Source: Pseudobdellovibrionaceae bacterium
GTDB taxonomy: Bacteria > Bdellovibrionota > Bdellovibrionia > Bdellovibrionales > UBA1609
Assembly (NCBI GenBank): GCA_030591685.1
Contig: JAUVAX010000004.1
Span: 1-40,229, forward strand
Length of the DNA: 40,229 nucleotides
Direction: 5' to 3'
The position numbers and the translations under genes are program-made. The notes under the pieces are model-generated. The model was given only the letters and a program-made list of their open reading frames with translations, was not told the DNA's origin and did no database searches. Below are positions 8,463 to 17,500 of the stretch, piece by piece. Each line of letters starts with the position of its first letter. Position 1 is the stretch's first letter.

Positions 8463-10466
8463 TTGAGAGTATCAATAAAGCAACTTATAGCTCTAACGTT
8501 AAGTCTTTTATGTTTTAATCTAAAGGCCAATGCCATAGATTTTAAGCATTTTACAGTCAATCAAAAGCGTCTTGAAAATTATAAAACACCAGCAGCTCAA
8601 CCCAACTCTCAACAAAATTCTAAATACTATTCTAAAGCCTCAGCGCCCACAGCTGATATGTCCACCGAGAGCCCTTTAATGAATGAGGTGAGGGAGTACT
8701 TAAATCAAAACCACTCGAGTATTAAAGCCGAGCAGCTGGAACACCTTTATCAAAATAAAAGATCATTTAACTTAGGCCTAAAAAATCATAATGGTCTATC
8801 GTGGCAAAAACTGGTGGGTGATTTTACACTTATTACTGACCGGGTTATAGAACCCAATCAGTATGTGGGGGGTAAAAAGTGGGTTGTATCTGATGTGCTC
8901 ATAATAAGCATTGATGCTAAAACCTATCTCACTCAACTAAAAGGCGATGGTGTTATTACCATTGGAGAAAGTGAGCTCGGGGCTTTTGCAGGGCTCACTT
9001 TTAGACGTATTTACACTCACAAGTACTATACTGATAATTATGATAAATCCTTAGAGGGTAATTTTGATAAACTTCTTTTAAGTTTTTTGCTTTTTGAAAA
9101 GGCCGACATTAGCCGTTTAATGCCAAGCTCAGTAGTAACTAAAGAGGATGTCTTGGGTTTTAAGGCCGGTGGCTTACTTAACGCCCCTCTACAGTACGGC
9201 CTATCACTCTCGGCAGGGTTTCTGATAAAAACCGAAAAAACAAAAAGCCTTACCATCACTAGCTCCTCTGAAGCTGATATAATTAAAACTAATCAATTTC
9301 TAACTATTGATTACGAAACTTCAAAACAATTAACGGCAGGTGCTGAATTGAGCTTAAAGCTTGATTTTTTTAACCTTTTAAAACTCACGTTATTAAAGTT
9401 TGAATACTTGCTTGTAAAAACTGAGTCTAAAAACACACGCCTTGCGTTTAGCACCGATGACGTTCATCACTTCATCTCTTCTTCAAAAGAAAACGTAGCC
9501 ATAAAAAAACTTCTTAAATTTAAAGGGCTATCAAAGCACTCACTCACACCCTTTATTCAAACTGAGTATCAAAAAAAGAGTCGAGATCGAACCTTAAAAA
9601 TGACTTTTTTAAATGTCGGAAGTGCTTCGCAAACATCCTCCGAACAAGTCATAGCTTCAAGAGCAAACCACAAGGGTCATTTTATCAAACACCAACACTC
9701 TGAGTTTAAATACAAAAAAGGGTGGAAGGATGCCCTATACTCCATGGCCCTACAAAGCCTTATAAACTTTGATCTCTTTCAAAAGTACCTACGAAGTTCA
9801 AAAAAATCAGTGTCATTTGAATATCAAAAGGGCTCCTCAGACCATTTTACGCTAGAGCTTCGTCAAGAGCGTATGGTGGCAAAAACTCACCGAAGTAAGT
9901 ACAAAAAATACAAATACGAGATGATCCATTTTATTAATAACTTTACTCTCCTGCCCCCTGAGATCAGTGAGTATATTCAACAAAAAAAGCTCATAGGCCC
10001 CATTAAAGTAAAGGCTTATGTAGATGTTAGCCTCAAGGCGATTAATTATTTTAACCACCTCTCCCCACGCGAACTAAACCTTAAAATTGAGAATATCTGC
10101 GATCTTAACCCCTATACAAACCGTCGCTCCTACTCAAGGGGGCACAGTACTCTTAATAGATGTGTGCGTAATTTTAATTACTTAGTTTACAAGTACAAAA
10201 AAAAGCGCTCTCTCGAAAAAAAGTTATGGGTGTTTAAAGCTCTATTGAACTTAGTCAATAAGTACTCGCGCTCTTACCAAGATCAAATTTCTTTTTTTGG
10301 TGAGGACTTTGTAGAGTTACGCGGAGTTATCGAAGCACGCACCCCCTCAAAAACTACTTTTAAGTATTACTACAACTCTCAAAGAAGGTCGCGGCACTCA
10401 CCCCTTGAGAGTTTCTTATCACAAGGGTTAGACAAAAGGCCTACATTAGTTTTTCATCAAAATTAA
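8463..10466 (+). CDS. Large secreted hypothetical protein (667 aa, basic, beta-strand rich)
   Basis: Long ORF, TTG start after GGGGG, signal peptide ending KANA. No recognised domain. Confidence 0.8.
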   Translation: MRVSIKQLIALTLSLLCFNLKANAIDFKHFTVNQKRLENYKTPAAQPNSQQNSKYYSKASAPTADMSTESPLMNEVREYLNQNHSSIKAEQLEHLYQNKRSFNLGLKNHNGLSWQKLVGDFTLITDRVIEPNQYVGGKKWVVSDVLIISIDAKTYLTQLKGDGVITIGESELGAFAGLTFRRIYTHKYYTDNYDKSLEGNFDKLLLSFLLFEKADISRLMPSSVVTKEDVLGFKAGGLLNAPLQYGLSLSAGFLIKTEKTKSLTITSSSEADIIKTNQFLTIDYETSKQLTAGAELSLKLDFFNLLKLTLLKFEYLLVKTESKNTRLAFSTDDVHHFISSSKENVAIKKLLKFKGLSKHSLTPFIQTEYQKKSRDRTLKMTFLNVGSASQTSSEQVIASRANHKGHFIKHQHSEFKYKKGWKDALYSMALQSLINFDLFQKYLRSSKKSVSFEYQKGSSDHFTLELRQERMVAKTHRSKYKKYKYEMIHFINNFTLLPPEISEYIQQKKLIGPIKVKAYVDVSLKAINYFNHLSPRELNLKIENICDLNPYTNRRSYSRGHSTLNRCVRNFNYLVYKYKKKRSLEKKLWVFKALLNLVNKYSRSYQDQISFFGEDFVELRGVIEARTPSKTTFKYYYNSQRRSRHSPLESFLSQGLDKRPTLVFHQN

Positions 10467-10668
10467 ACCACTAATAGGCGACAATTTACAATAAGTAGTG
10501 CTGCTTGAATCTGTGAAAAGATAAAGGGCTAGCCTTGTATAAAACAGTCTGTTTTTTTAACACAGATCCTGGATCGAACAGGCGCAAGACACGAGCTTTA
10601 TGTCTAGGCTTTTTTATGTTTGAATATTATTTCATTTTTCTACAATTAATTACTATATAATATAAATT

Positions 10669-12252
10669 ATGAAAACCTATCAAATACTACTGTTAATTAT
10701 CGGCCTTTGTTACTCTACATCAGGCTTTTCTGAACAAAAAAAATACTGTGATGACCTACATAGACTGGCCTGTGCTCCCGGCCACAATGATGATGGCACA
10801 GGGGCCTCCTTATCGAATACTGAGATTAAAGCTCTAGAATCAAAAATTTTTAAGGATTTTAGTACAAAGGCGGATGCTGAAATTAAAAAACTATTAGCCG
10901 ATAAAAAAAATGCCTACTTCATAAGTATGGCCATTCCAGCATTCGGCTTGGATGCAAACCCCAAATGCAAAATGTCCAATAAACAGGATAAGAAAGCTTG
11001 TTTTATGGCACTATCTGATGGCCTTAAAGATTTGCTTGAGAAGAGCATGCTAAATATCTCAAGATCACAAAACACAAGAGGCTATGATTTAGACGATATT
11101 TCATGGATTATTAATCACCACAGTTATGTCACTCTGAGTAGTAAAGTAAGGAAAACCTTGAATATTAATGCTCTTTTTTTAAGTCAAAGAAAGAAGGCCA
11201 GAGAGAACGTTTTTCCTAAAGTACAGGCTCAAATTATTGCCCTACTTGACAGGATGGAAATAGAACCAAAAGAAAAGAAACGATTAAAAGAAAAAATCGG
11301 CGCTATTGATATGTCTAAAAGCGACTGTGAAACAGACGGATCTCTTGATGGGGACTCAGTCCCCTTGTTGATGGAATCAGATGCTTATTACTTGCCCCTT
11401 AAAGACAGAATTAATATATGCAGTGGTATGTTTTTAAAATCCACCAGTGAATTTCAAATGGTATTTACTATAGCCCATGAGTTAGCTCATAGTATTGACC
11501 CTTGTAACGTATCAAAAGGGCCTGATGGTTTTGCTTTCAAATACCCAGATCTTATGGATTTACCTGATAAGGATAACCTATACCCCATTAAAAACCTAAT
11601 ATCTTGCCTAAGGGATAAAGATTCAATCGGGGCCAAAAATTTTGAATACACAAGACTTCTAGACGATATTAAGGCCCTTTCAAATAACGGCGAACACCCA
11701 ACATATATATCTGGATCACCGTATAACCCTAACGGAAGGCAACAAGATTATACGTTTATGTCAGCCAACGGACCTGATAACATTGAAATCAAGATAAATC
11801 CAGCAGGTGAAGGGCTTGAGCAGGCCAGCCCTAGTTCAAATATAGCTAAAGATGCGTTAAAAAATGACTTATTAAAATTAGATCACTGTTCGGAGGATCA
11901 AATAGGCGAATCATTTTCAGATTGGGTGTTTGCCGAAATCGCGCCAAAGTATATGAAGGCAAATCATAATCTAACTGAAGACCAATATATATTCGGTTAC
12001 TCTAACGTAATGAAGTCATTGTGCTCCTCAACAAGTCGCACATCTGAGCCATACATGTATTCCGATAATAATGTTCATCCGGACATTAGCCTTCGAATAA
12101 ATAATTTGTTATTGCAAAACCCAAAAATAAGAAAGCAAATGGGCTGCCCTGCTAAGGGAAAGCACAAATACTGTGAAGGAAAAGTGACTTCAGCAGGCCC
12201 TGAAGCAAACACCAGATCTATATTCACCGAAATCAATGGAGGTGTTAAATGA
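10669..12252 (+). CDS. Secreted Zn metallopeptidase, M13 (neprilysin)-like
   Basis: Signal peptide. YCDDLHRLAC resembles the M13 N-terminal PCxDFYxxAC. DAYY...DRINIC, HELAHSID (HEXXH), GESFSD (cf. ENIAD), HP...LRI. Many Cys. Confidence 0.75.
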   Translation: MKTYQILLLIIGLCYSTSGFSEQKKYCDDLHRLACAPGHNDDGTGASLSNTEIKALESKIFKDFSTKADAEIKKLLADKKNAYFISMAIPAFGLDANPKCKMSNKQDKKACFMALSDGLKDLLEKSMLNISRSQNTRGYDLDDISWIINHHSYVTLSSKVRKTLNINALFLSQRKKARENVFPKVQAQIIALLDRMEIEPKEKKRLKEKIGAIDMSKSDCETDGSLDGDSVPLLMESDAYYLPLKDRINICSGMFLKSTSEFQMVFTIAHELAHSIDPCNVSKGPDGFAFKYPDLMDLPDKDNLYPIKNLISCLRDKDSIGAKNFEYTRLLDDIKALSNNGEHPTYISGSPYNPNGRQQDYTFMSANGPDNIEIKINPAGEGLEQASPSSNIAKDALKNDLLKLDHCSEDQIGESFSDWVFAEIAPKYMKANHNLTEDQYIFGYSNVMKSLCSSTSRTSEPYMYSDNNVHPDISLRINNLLLQNPKIRKQMGCPAKGKHKYCEGKVTSAGPEANTRSIFTEINGGVK

Positions 12253-12632
12253 GCAGTAAGTTTTTTTTAAGTTTTCTCGGTGTGATTTTGTTTTCATGTA
12301 TAGGCGCATCAAAAGGGCTTGTGAATTTTGAGGTTGTTCATGGCGACCTAGTCTCAAAAATTACTATTGATAAAAACAAAGGTTCACAACATATAATATT
12401 TCAAAATAACCGAGGGGCATACGTTAAAAATGAAATGTCTAAAAAAAATTACAACTATATTATAAAATCAATTAATGAGCTCAAGGGCACCCCAAATGAT
12501 GTTAAATTTTGCCATAGATTTCATGTAGAGGTTAAGTATGCCGGCAAAAAAAGAATCGGATGCATTGGCTCAAAAAGTAAATTTGCACGAGAACTCACTC
12601 AACTTTTAAGATTGATTAATATTTTAATTTAA
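12249..12632 (+). CDS. Small putative lipoprotein/exported protein coupled to the peptidase
   Basis: ATGA overlap with the peptidase stop. Hydrophobic N-terminus with ILFSC lipobox-like motif; one further Cys pair. Confidence 0.7.
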   Translation: MSSKFFLSFLGVILFSCIGASKGLVNFEVVHGDLVSKITIDKNKGSQHIIFQNNRGAYVKNEMSKKNYNYIIKSINELKGTPNDVKFCHRFHVEVKYAGKKRIGCIGSKSKFARELTQLLRLINILI

Positions 12633-12750
12633 ATCTTTTTTAAACGCTGAGTGAGCTTACTATTAAATACTGACTGCACACTTTTATAATCACGAGGATT
12701 TTCATTCCCAGCAGAGTTAGAAATTTATAACTGCAGACCAATTATATTGG

Positions 12751-13728
12751 TTAATAGACGACACAATCATCCCAATGAATAACGTTATAGTACTCATCAT
12801 ACCCATATTTTATAAAATTCATCATCTCCACTAATTTTGCAAACCTTTCTCTTTCACCATAAATATCCGGGCCCATGCCTGATTTCGCTAAATTCGATAT
12901 ATCCTGGTAGCTAAAATCACCGACTCCCCTAGATAAACCCAGTTTCAGCGCAAATGCGGCCACTGCTGCTGCAAATTTAAAATCATCACTCACCCCCGGC
13001 TGTGCCCCATCCCTATACTGTGCTGTTGATTTAACCGTATGTATTGATTTCGAAGAAGGGTCACTATAACTTATTGATAAATCAAATAAGTCACCCTGCC
13101 TCAACAGGGGCACCACCTCATAGAGCACTGTTAGCCTTTCACCAGAATACAAATCACCCATGCCCTTACCATTATCAAAAAACGGCTCCGCAGCAGACAG
13201 CCCGCTCCCATATCCAATTAATCGGTAGGAGTGGACAGAGCTTAAATCAAACACAACCCTTACTTTAACGTCTTTTGCTACAATAGTAGATGGGCCGAGT
13301 GCATCCTTGGTGCTCATGCTTATTTTTACTAATTTATTTTTTTTAGTCCAAGGGGACTCGCCCACCTCTATATCTACATGGAGAGGCCGTTTGCCCTTAG
13401 GTGATTTATAGCTATATTTAAAGAAGTTAATAAACCCCTCTGCCTTTATAGTGTATATCGGTGGATAGACGCCCCATTGTATATAGTCGCGTGCCGCTAC
13501 ATATGAGGTCGCATCATAAATATTTGAAAACTCGCTTTCAGGCCTTTTAGAGGCCAAGACAAAAGAGGCCTGACTATAATAATACCCATCGGTATAAGGG
13601 GGGGATGTTCTTTGCTCTTCTGTCCCTTGGCTAACTGTGGCGTAGTAGCATGTAGGGCTCTGATCATTATCTGAATCACATGCCATTAGGGCTATGCTGA
13701 TAAAACATAAACAAAAGTATTTACTCAT
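12751..13728 (-). CDS. YfbK-like lipoprotein (vWF_A N-segment + DUF3520) lacking the central VWA domain
   Basis: Lipobox LMAC. PESEFSNIYDATSYVAAR...PP...IKAEGFINFFKYSY...SPW, then TIVAKDVKVRVVF...YRLIGY...TVLYEV...DFKFAAAVAAF...SY..I..LA...G.D..GER.RF..LV. Confidence 0.8.
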   Translation of the reverse strand: MSKYFCLCFISIALMACDSDNDQSPTCYYATVSQGTEEQRTSPPYTDGYYYSQASFVLASKRPESEFSNIYDATSYVAARDYIQWGVYPPIYTIKAEGFINFFKYSYKSPKGKRPLHVDIEVGESPWTKKNKLVKISMSTKDALGPSTIVAKDVKVRVVFDLSSVHSYRLIGYGSGLSAAEPFFDNGKGMGDLYSGERLTVLYEVVPLLRQGDLFDLSISYSDPSSKSIHTVKSTAQYRDGAQPGVSDDFKFAAAVAAFALKLGLSRGVGDFSYQDISNLAKSGMGPDIYGERERFAKLVEMMNFIKYGYDEYYNVIHWDDCVVY

Positions 13729-13830
13729 AACTAAACTCCCTTATGAATTCTGGATTAATAATTTCTTACTTTTAGGATCGCATAGTTTTAGAAAAAAATA
13801 AGAAATTTCAGCCCCAGAGGCTGTAATAAC

Positions 13831-13848
13831 GTATTCAAGTAGAATACA
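13831..13848. promoter_or_regulatory. Palindrome GTATTC-N5-GAATAC, candidate operator
   Basis: Perfect 6-bp inverted repeat in intergenic DNA; related element at 15248-15265. Confidence 0.35.
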
Positions 13849-13860
13849 TTAGATTTATTT

Positions 13861-14328
13861 TTAAGGGTTTTTTATAAAAGAGCTCTTGCATGATTCTGAA
13901 TAAATCCCTGGGAGTTTTTTAAACGGGCTATTACTTTCTGACTGATAAGAATCCTGAACCTTTTTATCATCACAAGAGAGCGCCTCTAGATTAATTAGAC
14001 AGGCCTGGGAGTCCTCAGCATTCACTCTTAGCTCTCCCATATCCTCTGCATTGACCACATCAGACAAATACCTATAGTCAGAGGTCTTTAACCCAAATGC
14101 TGGAGTTAGCTTCTTAATCGTAAATATAGAGCTCATGCACTCAGCGGTACTTAAGTTAAGATGACAACGACTTAACTTAATGCAAGTATTTGAAGCCACT
14201 TGAGCTGAGAAGAGCCTCGGTTGACCATCCTGGTTACTATTATCGGTAGCAGCACTTGGGTTGCCAGTGTCTGTGCCACAGCCTGACAGAGCGAACATAA
14301 GTATAGTAAAAAAATAAAATCTACTCAC
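13861..14328 (-). CDS. Cys-rich lipoprotein co-transcribed with the TIGR02147 gene
   Basis: GTG start after AGAGGGGG, overlapping the upstream stop by 8 nt. Lipobox LSGC followed by GTDTGNP; six further Cys. Confidence 0.8.
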   Translation of the reverse strand: MSRFYFFTILMFALSGCGTDTGNPSAATDNSNQDGQPRLFSAQVASNTCIKLSRCHLNLSTAECMSSIFTIKKLTPAFGLKTSDYRYLSDVVNAEDMGELRVNAEDSQACLINLEALSCDDKKVQDSYQSESNSPFKKLPGIYSESCKSSFIKNP

Positions 14329-15196
14329 TGGCCCCCCTCTCTTTTTTTGCCGCGAGCTGACCGGCTAGAGGGAATAGCTGAAAGTTTAACTGATAAACAA
14401 CAGTTGCGTCTTTTGAGTCATCAGTAATAGATAGAATTTCATTTCTAAATTCTTTCATAAGGGTTTTAATTTTTTCTACAGTTTCCCTTGAACATGATAT
14501 GCATGTACCTGAAATCTCTCTATCCATATGGTGAATATCATCTATAGAGTCTTTTGCTTTACTAATCATGTCCTTGTGGTATTGAGAAATGAGCGTTGAC
14601 ACCACGCTATCTCCTGGTCGAACATTTTTATAGGTTTGCTTGAGAAGACCCTCTTTATCTCTAAAAATAAACCCGATGCTTATTAGATCCCGTAAGGCCT
14701 GCTCGACTTCACTTGGGCTTACAGCATGGTCAAACTGTTCAGAAATCCAACCAGAATCTTCTTGAAAGTCCTTTGTCGCAACTAACTCACGAAGCGGTAT
14801 ATAGTACCACCTAGCATAGTACTTCATTTCAGTTTGCCTAATAGGATGTATTTTTTTAAAGGTTCTAGATTTTAAAATTCGTTTAGCATTTAGCGTTTTT
14901 TCAGTGGCGTTTTTTGATTGACAAAACTGAACCAAATTTTTAAAAAACTCAGACTCTAGTTTCTCTAATTTTAAGGCTTCACTAAACCTCTCTATGCTTT
15001 CGTCTGATATGTTTCGCTTTCCCTCAATAACAAGTTTCAAAAAATTAGGCGATGCAAAACCCGCTCTTCTTGAAAAGTATCGATATGAGAAATAATTCGT
15101 TGTACCTTTATAGTATTCATACAGGTCCCCTAAGAACACTCGATAATCATCGTATTCAAAAATACTGGGTTTAGTTAAATCGAACTTAAGGGCCAT
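14321..15196 (-). CDS. TIGR02147/DUF4423 family protein (putative HTH regulator)
   Basis: SIFEYDDYRVFL, FSYRYFSRRAGFASPNFLKLVIEGKRNIS, YYARWYYIPLREL, YHKDMI..A..SI, REISG, VYQLNFQLFPL. Confidence 0.9.
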   Translation of the reverse strand: MALKFDLTKPSIFEYDDYRVFLGDLYEYYKGTTNYFSYRYFSRRAGFASPNFLKLVIEGKRNISDESIERFSEALKLEKLESEFFKNLVQFCQSKNATEKTLNAKRILKSRTFKKIHPIRQTEMKYYARWYYIPLRELVATKDFQEDSGWISEQFDHAVSPSEVEQALRDLISIGFIFRDKEGLLKQTYKNVRPGDSVVSTLISQYHKDMISKAKDSIDDIHHMDREISGTCISCSRETVEKIKTLMKEFRNEILSITDDSKDATVVYQLNFQLFPLAGQLAAKKERGASE

Positions 15197-15203
15197 AGCA
15201 TAT

Positions 15204-15231
15204 CTATCGGATATTTCAGGGAAAATCTTAA
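15204..15231 (-). promoter_or_regulatory. sigma28 (FliA)-type promoter, probably giving a leaderless mRNA
   Basis: TTAAG-N15-TCCGATAG, then 7 nt to the ATG at 15196; no SD. Confidence 0.65.
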
Positions 15232-15247
15232 ATTATGCCTATCTTAC

Positions 15248-15265
15248 TGTATTCCGTAGGTATTC
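15248..15265. promoter_or_regulatory. Direct repeat TGTATTC-N5-GTATTC upstream of the FliA promoter, candidate operator
   Basis: Same hexamer and 11-bp spacing as 13831-13848. Confidence 0.35.
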
Positions 15266-15292
15266 AAGCCCCTCTGAGTCGGGACTAAGGCC

Positions 15293-15314
15293 TGAGCGGC
15301 CCCCTCGCCGCTTA
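15293..15314. other. GC-rich intergenic hairpin
   Basis: TGAGCGGC-CCCCTC-GCCGCTTA; no U-tract on either side. Confidence 0.4.
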
Positions 15315-15385
15315 ATGGACTAATCGTCAACTTCTGATAGACCGACTATTTACGTGTGTAAAAAAATTATAGAGGTGCAAACTCA

Positions 15386-15946
15386 TCATTTACCCTTAAT
15401 TGCAGGTTTAAATGTGCCCTCAATAGAAATTGTCTTTGATTCATCAAATGGGACTATAAATTTACCTAGGTGTTTAAGGAGCCGGCTCTTTGATGTTATT
15501 TCACTAGTTCCTTGATTACAGTAAATGACAATTCCAACTAGTTCTCCGCCTAAGTCATGAGCCTCAAGAAAAATGGTATTCACATACCATGACATCTCAG
15601 ATAGTTCATATGAAGTACTCAATGCGGGTATAGTTCTTAAGCTCCCGCTCTTATACTTTGAAGGCATGTGCCCTTGAGAGAAGGTAATCGCACAAAAATC
15701 TATGAGTTCTTGAGACTGATTTGTTATGTTTTTACCTTCAAAAAAATAATTCCAACTTTCATTAATAATTTTACCATTACGGCCCCTTGTTGGCTGCAGA
15801 TCAATGTCCTTTATCACAGAAAACCTATTACGCTCTGCAAGTCCTGGATAATCTAAACACCCTTTGTTACAGCTTTCACTTGTCTTCGACCAGCCCAGCG
15901 AACTATAAATTAATATAAACAAAGTATAAAAAAATAAATTTTTCAT
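15386..15946 (-). CDS. Secreted hypothetical protein (186 aa)
   Basis: SD AAGGGAAG, signal peptide MKNLFFYTLFILIYSSLGWS, four Cys. Confidence 0.75.
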   Translation of the reverse strand: MKNLFFYTLFILIYSSLGWSKTSESCNKGCLDYPGLAERNRFSVIKDIDLQPTRGRNGKIINESWNYFFEGKNITNQSQELIDFCAITFSQGHMPSKYKSGSLRTIPALSTSYELSEMSWYVNTIFLEAHDLGGELVGIVIYCNQGTSEITSKSRLLKHLGKFIVPFDESKTISIEGTFKPAIKGK

Positions 15947-16098
15947 AATAACTTCCCTTTTTGATTTTAAAATTAGTTGTAACGCTTTTTAATTTTTTTC
16001 ATTGTCTCTTGAGATTTTCTGTATAACGACTCAATCTTAGAAATATTAAGTTCTAATCGTTTAATATTTTTCTTCAATGGATTTATAGCTCCCGGCAA

Positions 16099-17361
16099 TC
16101 ATGGGTAAACTCTAAAATCAAATGGCAGCATTTTTTCAAAGGCTGATTTACTCTCGTCATCTGAGCTGTTATCTACAAAGTATTGTTTAGTTAAGATCTC
16201 AACTCCTTCATATTCCTTCAGGTATACTTCATAAACAGCATAATCTTGGCAAAAATAAGGCCACTGGGTCATCGCAATACTCATTTCATAGCCTCTTTTA
16301 AAACTTTGGGCACCTAAAATAGGCAGGTCATCGACAGCTATTCCCCGAGATGTTAAAGCAAATACTTCACCTTTTACGGATTCTATATCTCGGCAAATAT
16401 TCGTTATATCATCTAGAGTCACATGGCCCTTTTTTTCAGCTGCAGATATATACTTATCTAATGATTCTATCTGTCGCCTAAATGCTGTAATTAACTCATT
16501 TTTAGATTTGCCAATTAAGTTTTTGTCCTGAAGAAACCCCTTTAACCTCTCTATCAAACTATTTCTTTTGGCCTTCATGGCCATTAACTTGTCAATAGGG
16601 CGATATTGCTCAGGAATATTTGCGTACTCACGGCTTTGGTTAACTGAGCCTTTCAACCTAACGAGGCTTTTATTGAGCCGATATAAAATTCCCTCAATAT
16701 CTCCCCCTGCGAGTAAATCATTTATTGTGTTCGGCCCGATAAAGTTCCACATAGCAATTTCAATAGCTCTTGCCTCCTCTTCATTGCCCCCGACTTCGTG
16801 AACATATTCATGTACAATTAAACCTACAAGTGCTGGGTCAACATCTAAAGAATTTAATTTTTCTTCTAACCTGTTTGCACTTATACAAATTTTACCATCA
16901 GCCTCTATTCCATTGCCGGCATCTTTGGCTCCGTGGTTAGTGGGGCAGGCTCCCTTAAACTTTACATCTATAAAGGCTGAGTCTTTCTCTATGATATCAA
17001 AAATATACCTTGGGTTATTTTCAGGAAACAGTTTATTCATAGCGCTTTGAATGTTCTCTATTAGTGCAAGCTTTTCTTTATTTGTATAATTATAAAGTGA
17101 ACCGGCATCATCCTGATCAATATCATCAGAGTTTAAATAATCATCAAAGCTTATATGTTTTTTATGGAACTCAACTACGTTTAGTATAAATCCAAGAATT
17201 TGATGTATCTGTGGCGCGCGGTGAGCAATATATGCCTGTGTCGCACTAGGGATCTCTGAGTTTGTCCCGCCATAGTCGCCGGGGCCAGAAATAGCAAGCA
17301 TGGGGGCACTCAGCAAAGCGAGCACCAGTAAAATGTGGGACCAAGTTAGTTTTTTCATCAT
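16099..17361 (-). CDS. Secreted protein with HEXXH motif (possible zincin)
   Basis: SD AAGGAG, signal peptide then Gly-rich GPGDYGG. KICIS...LVGLIVHEYVHEVGGNEEEA; helical C-terminal half. Confidence 0.75.
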   Translation of the reverse strand: MMKKLTWSHILLVLALLSAPMLAISGPGDYGGTNSEIPSATQAYIAHRAPQIHQILGFILNVVEFHKKHISFDDYLNSDDIDQDDAGSLYNYTNKEKLALIENIQSAMNKLFPENNPRYIFDIIEKDSAFIDVKFKGACPTNHGAKDAGNGIEADGKICISANRLEEKLNSLDVDPALVGLIVHEYVHEVGGNEEEARAIEIAMWNFIGPNTINDLLAGGDIEGILYRLNKSLVRLKGSVNQSREYANIPEQYRPIDKLMAMKAKRNSLIERLKGFLQDKNLIGKSKNELITAFRRQIESLDKYISAAEKKGHVTLDDITNICRDIESVKGEVFALTSRGIAVDDLPILGAQSFKRGYEMSIAMTQWPYFCQDYAVYEVYLKEYEGVEILTKQYFVDNSSDDESKSAFEKMLPFDFRVYP

Positions 17362-17377
17362 ATCTCCTTATTGTTAA

Positions 17378-17394
17378 AGCAATTACGAGACCAA
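17378..17394 (-). promoter_or_regulatory. Possible sigma54 -24/-12 promoter for the 16099-17361 gene
   Basis: TTGGTCTCGTAATTGCT = GG-N10-GC with TTGC. Very close to the SD. Confidence 0.45.
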
Positions 17395-17500
17395 AGTACT
17401 TGAAAGCCACTTTTGATTCCACATCATGTTTGCAAATTATTAACTATTTAATTAAATTTTTACTATTTTCTAATTACAACTATCTGTTATTATTAGATTA

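Noticed and set aside
13775..13802. FliA-like promoters for 12751..13728 (CTTAT-N15-TGCGATCC) and for 3879..4283 (GCCGTTAG at 4321-4328)
   Set aside because: Poor -35 match or wrong spacing.
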